Notes under the pieces: generated by a model
Database searches by the model: none
Seen by the model: only the letters and a program-made list of their open reading frames with translations
What the model was told of the DNA's origin: nothing
Shown: piece after piece, positions 41,108 to 50,300 of the stretch
Numbering within the stretch: position 1 is the first letter of the stretch
Layout: every line of letters begins with the position of its first letter
Translations under genes and position numbers: made by a program
From: an uncultured Verrucomicrobiota bacterium
Lineage (GTDB): Bacteria; Verrucomicrobiota; Kiritimatiellia; RFP12; UBA1067
Reading direction: 5' to 3'
Assembly (NCBI GenBank): GCA_946623785.1
Contig: CAMORM010000002.1
Coordinates: forward strand, 1-60,712
DNA length: 60,712 nt

Positions 41108-42574
41108 ATGAAATACTTCAACCCGAAATTCCTCCTGCAGGTGCTCATCGTGTGCGCCGCCACGTTCGGCAGCATGAAGTGCGGGCTCGCGACGAACATC
41201 ACGCAGGCGCTCAACATCGCGGTGTTTGCGTCCGTGATCACCACGACCCTCCTCTTCTGGGAGAGGCGTGTCGGCGTGGCGTTCATAGGCGTCGCGCTGC
41301 TCGTAGGATGCAAGGCGATGACCTTGAGGCAGATGCTGTTCGGCACCGAGCTGGACATCATCCTGTTCCTCGTGGGAATGATGATCATCGTGGGCGTGCT
41401 GAAGGACCTCGGCTTCCTCACGTGGGTGATCCAGGCCATCATCAGCAGGAACAAGATGACGGGCGTGTCCTTCACCGCGATACTGTGCCTGCTTTCTGCC
41501 TTGCTGGCGTCGGTGGTGGACGAAGTGTCGTCGATCGTCGTGGTGCTTGCGCTTGTCTTCCAGGTGTGCGAGACCCTGAAGCTGAGGCCCCATCCGTTCG
41601 TCCTCGTCGCCGTCATGGCAACGAACATCGGATCCTCCGCCACGATGCTCGGCAACCCGGTTGGCATCTTCATCGGGAACAAGGCGGGGTTCACGTTCTC
41701 GCAGTTCCTGGTCGGAGCCACGCCCGTGGCGTTCGTTGCCCTGTGCTGCACGTTCGCGATCACCCTGTTCTGGTTCCGCAGCGACATCCGCGCGATGTCA
41801 GAGGCGATGGCGGCCCACCGCAAGACGGGCCTCGGCCCGACTGCGAAGATTCCGTACAAGGCCGGACTCTTCGTGCTTGTCGCAACGGTTGTCGCGATCG
41901 CCTTCCACCACCAGGTCGAGGGTTTTCTCGGGCTCGAGGGGGCGGACAACCACAACGCGTTCCTGATCATGACGCCGCTCGTCGTCGCGGGCGTGCTGAT
42001 GATCCTCCGCCCGTCCCGCGCGCGCCACTACGTGGAGCACGACGTCGAATGGTGGACGCTCCTCTTCTTCATGCTGCTGTTCTCGATCTCGGCGTCGCTT
42101 AGCGCGAACGGCATCACGGCGAACCTCGCCACAACCCTCACGCAGCACGTGAAGGGCGGGCCCACCGGCATGATCCCGCTCGTGCTCGTCATATCGTCGC
42201 TCGGCTCCGCGTTCGTGGACAACATCGTGTTCGTCGCGTCCTTCACGCCCGTCGTGCAGGAGCTCATGAAGATGTCTTCTGACTACTCGGTCCTCTGGTG
42301 GGCGCTCCTCTTCGGCGCGTGCTACGGCGGAAACATCACAGTCGTCGGCTCGACGGCGAACATCGTCGCCTCCGGCCTTCTCGAGAAGCACGGCCAGCAC
42401 CCGATAAAGTTCTCCGACTGGATCAAGATCGGCGCGATGGTGGGAGTGGTCACGGCCGCCGTCGCGTGGATCATGCTACTCGTTTTGCCCACGCCGAAGC
42501 CGCTTGACTCCGGCAGCGCGCCTGCCGCGGAAGTGCAGCAGGCAACAGCAGAACCAGCCCCCGCAAGCAAATGA
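41108..42574 (+). CDS. ArsB/NhaD (IT superfamily) anion/cation permease
   Basis: 488 aa with about 12 hydrophobic helices. Lies 4 nt after the EIIA-CBS gene, behind a GGAG RBS. Confidence 0.8.
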   Translation: MKYFNPKFLLQVLIVCAATFGSMKCGLATNITQALNIAVFASVITTTLLFWERRVGVAFIGVALLVGCKAMTLRQMLFGTELDIILFLVGMMIIVGVLKDLGFLTWVIQAIISRNKMTGVSFTAILCLLSALLASVVDEVSSIVVVLALVFQVCETLKLRPHPFVLVAVMATNIGSSATMLGNPVGIFIGNKAGFTFSQFLVGATPVAFVALCCTFAITLFWFRSDIRAMSEAMAAHRKTGLGPTAKIPYKAGLFVLVATVVAIAFHHQVEGFLGLEGADNHNAFLIMTPLVVAGVLMILRPSRARHYVEHDVEWWTLLFFMLLFSISASLSANGITANLATTLTQHVKGGPTGMIPLVLVISSLGSAFVDNIVFVASFTPVVQELMKMSSDYSVLWWALLFGACYGGNITVVGSTANIVASGLLEKHGQHPIKFSDWIKIGAMVGVVTAAVAWIMLLVLPTPKPLDSGSAPAAEVQQATAEPAPASK

Positions 42575-43383
42575 AGACTAGCAATGACATGTTGTGCGAG
42601 CGCGCAGTCCTGCAGGACGCGCGCCGCGTGGTGGTGAAGGTCGGAACGCATTCGATCGCCACCAGGTCCGGACGCCCCGACCACAAGGCACTCCGCCGCA
42701 TAGTGCGCGGCGTGAGCGCGCTGCGCAAGGCCGGGCTCGAGGTCCTGTTCGTCTCGTCCGGCGCAGTCGCCGCGGGCGTTGAGTCGCTCGGGCTCAAGGC
42801 GCGCCCGAAGGAGACGACCGACATCCAGATGTGCGCGGCAGTCGGCCAGGCCCGGTTCATCTCGGAATACGAGAAGCTCTTCGCCGCTGAAGGCGTGACG
42901 ATCGGGCAGGTCCTGCTCACGCACGCCGACTTCGACGACCGCCGCCGCGTGGCGAACCTGCGCCGCTCGCTAGACCACCTCGTGCGCGCCGGGATAGTGC
43001 CCGTGATCAACGAGAACGACATCGTGGCGGACGAGGAGGTCAAGGGCCTTACGTTCGGCGACAACGACTGGCTCTCCTCGCTCATCGTCAAGCTTGTACA
43101 TGCGGACGCGCTTGTGCTCCTCACGACCGTGGACGGCCTCATGGATGCCGCAGGCAAGCGCGTCCCCGTGGTGTACAACCTCCGCGAGGCGCTCAAGCTC
43201 GTGAACGCAGTTGCCCCCGGAGGGCTCTCCAAGGGCGGCATGGACTCGAAGCTCAAGGCCGCGCAGAACGCAGCGAGGTCCGGCGCGAACGTCGTGATGG
43301 CGAACGGCGCGCGCCCGCGCGTGCTGGAGGGCATCTTTGCCGGGAAGGACATCGGGACGTTCATGCCCGGCGCGGCGCTCTGA
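42571..43383 (+). CDS. proB: Glutamate 5-kinase (short form without PUA domain)
   Basis: The ATG overlaps the upstream stop (ATGA). Motifs VVKVGTHSI, SSGAVAAG, ENDIVA. Confidence 0.88.
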   Translation: MKTSNDMLCERAVLQDARRVVVKVGTHSIATRSGRPDHKALRRIVRGVSALRKAGLEVLFVSSGAVAAGVESLGLKARPKETTDIQMCAAVGQARFISEYEKLFAAEGVTIGQVLLTHADFDDRRRVANLRRSLDHLVRAGIVPVINENDIVADEEVKGLTFGDNDWLSSLIVKLVHADALVLLTTVDGLMDAAGKRVPVVYNLREALKLVNAVAPGGLSKGGMDSKLKAAQNAARSGANVVMANGARPRVLEGIFAGKDIGTFMPGAAL

Positions 43384-43395
43384 CAAGTCTACGCG

Positions 43396-44829
43396 ATGCG
43401 CTACGCGATCATATCGGACATCCACGCAAACGCCGCCGCACTGCGCGCGGTGCTGACCGACGCGCAGGACTGCGGAGCCGAGCGGATCATCTGCCTGGGC
43501 GACGTCCTGGGCTATGGCCCCGAACCTGTGGAGACGCTCGAGCTGGTCTACAAGCGGGTGCACATCTGCCTTGCCGGAAACCACGACGACGCGATATGCG
43601 GACGGAACGACGCATCGGACTTCACCGCCTTCGCGGCGACAGCCGCGGCGAAGCAGAGCCTGATGCTCTCCGACAAGGCGAAGGCGTGGCTCCAATCGCT
43701 TCCGTACGTGTGGGGCAAGGGCGAGTTCGCGTGCGCGCACGGCGAGTTCTCGAATCCCAGTGGCTTCTTCTACATCGAGAATCCCGAAGATGCGCTTCCT
43801 TCGTGGACTGCGCGCAAGGAGAAGCTCCTCTTCGTCGGCCACACGCACGAGCCGGGGATTTTCGTGATCGGGCAGAGCGGCGTGCCGCGCAAGCATGCGC
43901 CGGTGGACTTCCAGCTCGAGGCGGGCAAGCGCTACATCGTGAACGTTGGGTCGGTGGGCTATCCTCGCTCGGGCAGCTGCCGCAGCTGCTATGTCATCTG
44001 GGACGACCGCACGCGGGTCGTCACGTTCCGCACGCTCCCCTTCGACCTCGAGGGCTACCGCGAAAAGATGAACGGACGCGGCCTGGAGGAGGCTCCGTGG
44101 ATCGGCAGGCGGCAGAAGGAGCGCGAGCGGCCAGCCCTGCGCAGTGAGGACTTGGAGTTCGGGAGCGGCGAGCACATTTCTCATGGAAAGACCTCTCGCC
44201 CCGCCGGTCAGGACGGCAAGCCGTCGCCAAAGTCGAGGTTTGCTCTCGTGGCTGTAGTCGCGGCGGCGGTGATCGCCATTGCCGGCATTGCGTGCCACTT
44301 CTTCGGCAAGTCGCGTTCAACTTGGCGCGACGGCGAGACGCCGTCGCCACATCGGGTCGGCGGCGATGTAGCAATGGCGTCCTCGCCATTGCAGGGCGCC
44401 GCGCCGTCGCTGTGCGAATTCAAGAAGCACGTGGACGGATGGAGCTACGCCGTCGAGTCCGAGGCGGACCAGTCGGTTTCCTCCGACGGCAAGCCGAGCC
44501 TACTGAAAGTCACGAACAACGACCGCCGTCGCATCGTGTTCCGCAAGGAGATCGCGTTCCGCGACGGAGACCTGAAGGTGCACGTAAAGGTCAAGGTCCT
44601 TCCGAAGGGCATGGGCACAACGCGCTACGAGCTTTCCTATTTCGACGGCAAGGACGTCGCGATCCGCGGCGCGAACGAGTTCCTCGATTCGCGTTCGAAG
44701 AACGTGAAGCTGCTCCCGCCAAAGGGGGCCGTCCGCGCCCAGCTAACCGTCGAGTACGCCTTTTCGGGCACTACGAGCATCGAGCTTCCGTATTTCACTG
44801 CCGTGAGCAAGCTCGACCCCGAGGAATGA
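43396..44829 (+). CDS. Calcineurin-like metallophosphoesterase fused to a TM helix and an unknown C-terminal domain
   Basis: Motifs ISDIHAN, GDVLGYG, GNHD, GHTH. TM helix FALVAVVAAAVIAIAGIACHFF, then about 190 aa of beta-rich sequence. Confidence 0.75.
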   Translation: MRYAIISDIHANAAALRAVLTDAQDCGAERIICLGDVLGYGPEPVETLELVYKRVHICLAGNHDDAICGRNDASDFTAFAATAAAKQSLMLSDKAKAWLQSLPYVWGKGEFACAHGEFSNPSGFFYIENPEDALPSWTARKEKLLFVGHTHEPGIFVIGQSGVPRKHAPVDFQLEAGKRYIVNVGSVGYPRSGSCRSCYVIWDDRTRVVTFRTLPFDLEGYREKMNGRGLEEAPWIGRRQKERERPALRSEDLEFGSGEHISHGKTSRPAGQDGKPSPKSRFALVAVVAAAVIAIAGIACHFFGKSRSTWRDGETPSPHRVGGDVAMASSPLQGAAPSLCEFKKHVDGWSYAVESEADQSVSSDGKPSLLKVTNNDRRRIVFRKEIAFRDGDLKVHVKVKVLPKGMGTTRYELSYFDGKDVAIRGANEFLDSRSKNVKLLPPKGAVRAQLTVEYAFSGTTSIELPYFTAVSKLDPEE

Positions 44830-44887
44830 AGACACTGGGGATCAGGTCTGACCTGTTTCCAGATGTTTGGAAAAGGAGGAATGGAAG

Positions 44888-45454
44888 ATGGATCTCGAGA
44901 AAGTGAAGGAGGCGCTGCTGAAGCGCGGGTTTGCGGCGGAGGCGTTTGCGACGAAGGCAGCCGCCGCGGCGCGCGTGATGGAGATGGCTAAGGACGCCGG
45001 GTCCGTTGGATGGGGCGGCTCCGAGACCGTCAAGGAGATGGGCCTCAGGGAGGCGATGGCGGCCGCTGGGAAGGAGATCCGCGACCACCAGACGGTGTGC
45101 GACCTCTTCCTGCTCTCCGCGAACGCGCTCACCGCCGACGGCCGCATCGTGAACATCGACGGACGCGGGAACCGCGTCGCCGCGTCGATTTACGGCCCGA
45201 AGCAGGTTGTGTTCGTGGTGGGGCGCAACAAGATCGTCGAAGGCGGCATTGACGATGCAGTAGCCCGCATAAAGCGCTGCGCGTGCCCGCCCAACTGCCG
45301 TCGCCTCGGCAAGCAGACGCCGTGCGCGCTCACGGGCAAGTGCGCGGACTGCAATTCTCCGGACCGCATCTGCATGGTTACCGTGATACACGAGCGTCCC
45401 GCCCGCGCCACGCCGACTGCGGTCCTCCTGATCGACGAAGACCTTGGCTACTGA
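44888..45454 (+). CDS. LUD-domain (DUF162, LutC/YkgG-like) protein with a C-terminal Cys cluster
   Basis: ORF trimmed to ATG 44888, 8 nt after GGAGG. Contains LLSANALTADGRIVNIDGRGNRV and CACPPNCRRLGKQTPCALTGKCADC. Confidence 0.7.
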   Translation: MDLEKVKEALLKRGFAAEAFATKAAAAARVMEMAKDAGSVGWGGSETVKEMGLREAMAAAGKEIRDHQTVCDLFLLSANALTADGRIVNIDGRGNRVAASIYGPKQVVFVVGRNKIVEGGIDDAVARIKRCACPPNCRRLGKQTPCALTGKCADCNSPDRICMVTVIHERPARATPTAVLLIDEDLGY

Positions 45455-45463
45455 GGCGCCGCG

Positions 45464-46123
45464 ATGACGGTCAAGGACATACCGGCCGTGGACAGGCTCC
45501 TGAAGAAGGAGTTTGTGGCGCACCAGGCCCCCATCATCGAGCTCATCGAGGCGCAGACACACGATCCGTTCTGCGTGCTGGTGGGCACGATCCTCTCGGC
45601 CCGCACGAAGGACGCGTGCACCACTGGAGCGGTGCGCAGGCTGTTCGCCGAAAAGGCGGGCGAGGTCTTCGCTCCAGCGGACCTTGAGCGCCTCACGGTG
45701 AAGAAGATCGAGAAGCTCATCTTCCCCGTAGGGTTCTTCCGCGACAAGGCCCGCCATCTCAAGGAGCTTCCGAAGGTGCTGCGCGAGAAGTTCGGCGGAG
45801 TGCTGCCGAAAACGGTCGAGGAGCTTTGCGAGCTTCCCGGAGTTGGCCGCAAGACGGCAAACCTCACGGTTGCGGTTGGCTTCGACCTTCCGGCGATATG
45901 CGTTGACGTTCATGTGCACAGGATATGCAATCGCCTCGGGCTCGTGAAGACGAAGACTCCGTTCGAGACGGAGATGGCGCTTCGCGCGACACTTCCCGTC
46001 AAGTACTGGAAGACATGGAACTCGCACCTCGTGTCCTTTGGGCAGACGCGCTGCGCGCCTCTTCGCCCGAAGTGCGAAGGCTGTCCCATAAGCCGCTTCT
46101 GCCCTCCTACAGGGTCTATATAA
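45464..46123 (+). CDS. nth: Endonuclease III
   Basis: HhH motif LPGVGRKTAN and a 4Fe-4S ligand pattern C-x6-C-x2-C-x5-C (CAPLRPKCEGCPISRFC). Confidence 0.9.
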   Translation: MTVKDIPAVDRLLKKEFVAHQAPIIELIEAQTHDPFCVLVGTILSARTKDACTTGAVRRLFAEKAGEVFAPADLERLTVKKIEKLIFPVGFFRDKARHLKELPKVLREKFGGVLPKTVEELCELPGVGRKTANLTVAVGFDLPAICVDVHVHRICNRLGLVKTKTPFETEMALRATLPVKYWKTWNSHLVSFGQTRCAPLRPKCEGCPISRFCPPTGSI

Positions 46124-46164
46124 GCTGGTGTCGCAAAACCGAGCTGTCCGCGGTGGCGCGGTAG

Positions 46165-46185
46165 GGACGTTTCCACGAAACGTCC
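46165..46185. terminator. Perfect 9-bp hairpin between convergent nth and ldcA
   Basis: GGACGTTTC cac GAAACGTCC. No U-tract on either strand. Confidence 0.4.
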
Positions 46186-46204
46186 GCGGTCAGTGTACGG
46201 GCGA

Positions 46205-46231
46205 TATGGACGCGTCGTGGACGCGTCCATA
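46205..46231. terminator. Perfect 12-bp hairpin between convergent nth and ldcA
   Basis: TATGGACGCGTC gtg GACGCGTCCATA. No U-tract on either strand. Confidence 0.45.
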
Positions 46232-46307
46232 CCAGATTATCGGCAAAAAGGGTCAGCAATTGTGGAACGTTGCCTGTAAAAGGTTCAAAACAAGCGACTG
46301 AAACTAC

Positions 46308-47348
46308 TTACTGCTTCAGGACGCCGTCGGCTGTGATTGTCTTCCTGCGAAGAAAGTCAATTGTATAGCTTACCGGCACGTGGCCGTATGGATAGCCATC
46401 ATAGACGGGACACGTCATCTTGGCGGCGAAGTCTTTCTTTATCTGCTCCATCTCGGCCTTTGCGGCTTTAAGGGCCTTCCCCGTGAGCTTCGTCCTGTTC
46501 GGCCCGCCTGCGGCAAGATCGCCGAACACTACGCCGGTGCATCCTTTAAAGTAGCCCAGCGAGACAAGTTCGTCAAGGGCCGCACGCACGACCGATGGCT
46601 CGCGGATGCTCGTCTCGAGAAAGACGATGCGCCCTTTGGCGTCCGCCGCCCAGCCTGTCTGCGCGCCTTTCAGAACGAGCGCGATATGTCCGCCGCAGGC
46701 GGTGCCGGAGCATGAGCCCGGACGCAGTGCGCGCAGCTTCACGTCCGGCATCGGGCCGTCTTCCGCAAACGCCTTCGCCATCCAGTCGAATGTCGGGCGT
46801 TTCGCATAGACAAACTGGCTGAGCGTCGATCCTGAAAACGGATGCCCAGCCTTCTTCTTCAGCATCGCGTTTAAAATCATCGTGATGTTGCTGAAGCCAA
46901 GCACCCGCTGGCTGCGAGTGCGCAGTTTGTCCCAGTCAATCTTGTCGAGCAGATCCTCCGCCCCCTGCCCGCCGCGCGCGCAAAGCACGAGATCCACCTC
47001 CGGATCCATCCACGCCTGCTCAAAGTCCGCGACGCGGTCTTCGACCGGCGCGACGCGCTCGAAATTGAGGCGCGGCATCACCTTCACGCGGTAGCCGGCC
47101 GCCTCCAGAGCGGCTTTCCCTCTGTCGAACTGGCTCTTGCCCTGGATGCTCGCAGGCATCACGAGCGCAATCGTGCGGATGCGGTCCATCGGGAAGCATC
47201 CCGAAAAATCGAGCGTACCGTCCGTCGAGTCGCCCGGCGCTTCGGCGCCGAACGCGACCGCACTGACAACAGCCGCGAGCACTGCGGCGACGCCTATGAA
47301 CCACTGTCTGACTAGGTGGCGGCCATGCTTCTTCAACACCGTTGCCAT
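46308..47348 (-). CDS. ldcA: LD-carboxypeptidase (peptidase S66)
   Basis: N-terminal anchor, nucleophile motif GFSNITM, and LCARGGQGAEDLL. The start lies 9 nt after the upstream stop, behind GGGAG. Confidence 0.8.
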   Translation of the reverse strand: MATVLKKHGRHLVRQWFIGVAAVLAAVVSAVAFGAEAPGDSTDGTLDFSGCFPMDRIRTIALVMPASIQGKSQFDRGKAALEAAGYRVKVMPRLNFERVAPVEDRVADFEQAWMDPEVDLVLCARGGQGAEDLLDKIDWDKLRTRSQRVLGFSNITMILNAMLKKKAGHPFSGSTLSQFVYAKRPTFDWMAKAFAEDGPMPDVKLRALRPGSCSGTACGGHIALVLKGAQTGWAADAKGRIVFLETSIREPSVVRAALDELVSLGYFKGCTGVVFGDLAAGGPNRTKLTGKALKAAKAEMEQIKKDFAAKMTCPVYDGYPYGHVPVSYTIDFLRRKTITADGVLKQ

Positions 47349-47356
47349 TCACTCCC

Positions 47357-50300
47357 TCACCGAATGATCAAGGCCATGCCTGTATTAGCCGGGCGCACAA
47401 ACAGAACGCCGTCGGCCACACTCGCCTTGCAGCGATTGAAGTCGCCGGCGTTGCGGATGCGGAGGGCATTCGGAAGCGCAATCTCGCCGGAAACCGCCGC
47501 AACAGGCGTCCAGCCGGACGGAGCTTCTTCGTCGGCGGCAAGGCCGAAGTCGATCGCCGCGCGGTCGCCAAAGGCGAGGTCTCCATCGACGGAGAGAACG
47601 GAGCCTTCGTCGCCGAGGACGATTGCGTCTGTCACAGTAAGATTGCCCGCAACTGCGCCACTCGCGGCGATGCGCGCGACGGAAGCGCCAGTCTCGCCAA
47701 GATCGCCAAGATCGAGAATCGCGCCGTCGGAGACGGCCACGTCGCCGGACAGGGCGGCAGCGTTCGCCGCGACGAGCGTACCCGCCTCAACTTTGACAGG
47801 ACCCATGAATGTATTCGCGCCGGAAAGCGCGAGCGTGCCCGCGCCCTTCTTCACGAGGCCGCCGTCCGCCGCGCCGGAGAGCGCCGGGTCGGTCAGCATC
47901 GGCTGCGCGATTGTGTATGTCGCGTCGGCGGGAAGGTTCTCCGTGGATATCACCGCGCCGCCATCCGAGACGTAGACTACGTTCAGGTTCTGCATCGTGC
48001 GGTTCGCCTCGTCCTTGCCGTAGGGCATGAACGTGCCCCCGTTGAAATAGACCTTGGGCACGGCCTGGTCGTTGGTCATCATGATGTTCTCCGCCTTCAA
48101 AACGCCGCCGTTCAGGTAGAGTCCGAAATGGTAGAGGATGGATTCGTAGTGGACACCGCCTTTGGTGTTCACCTTGCTGTTCCGGCTCAGGTCGAGCAGC
48201 CCCGTCACGTCGACCTCGCCGTCGTTGAGTACGAGGCAACCTGGAATGCCGGTCTGATCGGCGATGGCGTTGTAGTAGTAGAGATAGAATGTGCCGCCGA
48301 CGGCGACCCGCCCTCCGTTGACCGTCAGCTGCGAGTACAGCTTGTCGCCGGATTTGCTGATGTTGCTTCCGAACCGCACGTCGCCGGAAACGTCGAGGGA
48401 TCCGCCGTTCACCGTGACTTCGCACCCGTAGCGGGGATTCTGGGTCGTATCCACCGGTGAGGTGCGGTAGACGGAATAGACGGCTGGAACCGAGAGCGAC
48501 GCCCCGCTTTCGATGGTGAGGAATCCCTGGTGGGGGTGGTTCGCGTCCACGCCCGGCGCCGGATTGTAGCCGAGGTAGAGTGCGCCGGATGCCGTGACGT
48601 TGCCGGAGATGGTGAGCGATGTGTCGACGCACGGATCGGCTTCGCCGCCATAGGCGCCGCCAAGGACGATCTTGTCGTAGCCGGCGTCGGCGGAGAGCGT
48701 CTTCGGGGTCGGATAGCTTGTGGACCCCGTGACGACAATGTCGTTGGCGATGGTGACGACGAGGGCCTTGTAGCCCGCGTAATCGCCGCTGGCAAGCGTC
48801 ACCTCTTCGGCGGAAAGCGTCGCACTTTCGGGCACGTCTGCGGGAAGGCGGAAGAGCGACGGATCGACGCTGCACGACGCCTGGTAGACGAGGGCGGTGT
48901 AGGTGCCGGACGAGAGGGTGGAATCCCTGAACCAGTCGCTCGTCACCGAAAACGCCACCGGCGAGAGGACGGAAAGCGTTCCGGAGACAACGACGTTGTT
49001 GAGTGCCTTGTTGTTCGATCCGTCGAAGGCCACCGGCTCCGTCGCGCCCGCTTCGCCGAGGGTAAGATTGCCAATCTGCATGGTCCCCTTGTTGTCGTAC
49101 GGACGGAAGCGCGAACCAGGCGCGAACGAGATGGTCTGGCCATCGAGCGACGTGGATGTTCCGCCGGCCGTCGCGCCGCTCTCGACGCGGATGCCGCCGT
49201 TGAGCGTCGAGCCCTTAAACCGACCGCCGAAGAGGACGAGCGAGCGGTCTCCGGGGATGCCCCTGACGGTGATGCCTCCGTCCAGGTCCGCGCAGTCCGG
49301 GTCGTGGTCGATGTGACCCTGCACGGATGCGCGCACCCATTCGAAGGCTTCGTTGTTGTTGTACCAAGCGTATCCTTTCGGCCGCTCCCATTTCGCAAGG
49401 TCGATGACGAGACCGTGTTCGCCAACGGTCGCCGGCTGGTAGTTCAGATAGAAGCGGTTGCCGTCGGTGCTGGTATCCAGGCCGACGGGATAGAGGGTGC
49501 CGCCGTTGAAGTGGAACATTGGACGTTCGGTCTGGTCTGTGTCGCGAAGGCTTTGCGAGTCTTCAATGCTCCGCGCGATGATGGAGCCGCCCTCCTCCAG
49601 GTAGAGGTCGAAGGAGGAACCGGTGGACGACACCGGGCGGATGTAACCATTCTCGACGCGAAGCGTGCCGCCGTCGTGGATGGTGAGCGTTCCGCCGGTT
49701 TCCGAGCCGATGACATTGCGGGACACGACCAGAGTCCCGCGGACCTCGATGTCGGTGTCCACGACGAGGTCTCCGGTCACCTTCACGTATCCGCCGCTGG
49801 TCGCGGCGGCATCCAGGGCGCTCGACGCGGCGGCGATGGTCATGGAGAGCGTCGCCGTGTCGCCGCTCGTCGTCACCGCGAAGGAGTAGACGTTGCTGCT
49901 AGCGGCAGTCGCGCATGACCAGTTGACGGCGCGGAGCGCGTCGGCGTAGGCGACGGGAACTTGCAGCACCGTGTAGGTGCCGGCGGCGTTCTTCGTCCCG
50001 ATTGCGGGCGTGTTGGCGTTGTACAGGGCGACCTTTGCGCTCGCCGGCAACGTGACGGAGTCGGTGACTTTCAGGGCGCAGAGCGTGTCGGCGAAGCCGA
50101 GGATGGCGCCTTCCCCAAGCGTCAGAGAGGCCACCGTCTTCTGTGAGCTTCCAGAGCGCAACTGGCATCCGCTCCCCACGGTGACAACCGAATCGTTCGG
50201 CAAATATCCGTTTTTGGCCATGAAGAGGGCGGCTCCATTCTTCAAAATCGTCGGCCCTTCGTAGGACTGCGTCGTGTAGTAGGCCCAGTTGCCACCGTCG

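Noticed and set aside
47342-49918. Plus-strand ORFs 47342..48460 and 48530..49918, opposite the giant repeat-protein gene.
   Set aside because: The minus-strand frame gives an uninterrupted 1380-aa protein with a signal peptide and characteristic repeats. The plus-strand frames are Arg/Val/Gly-rich shadows.
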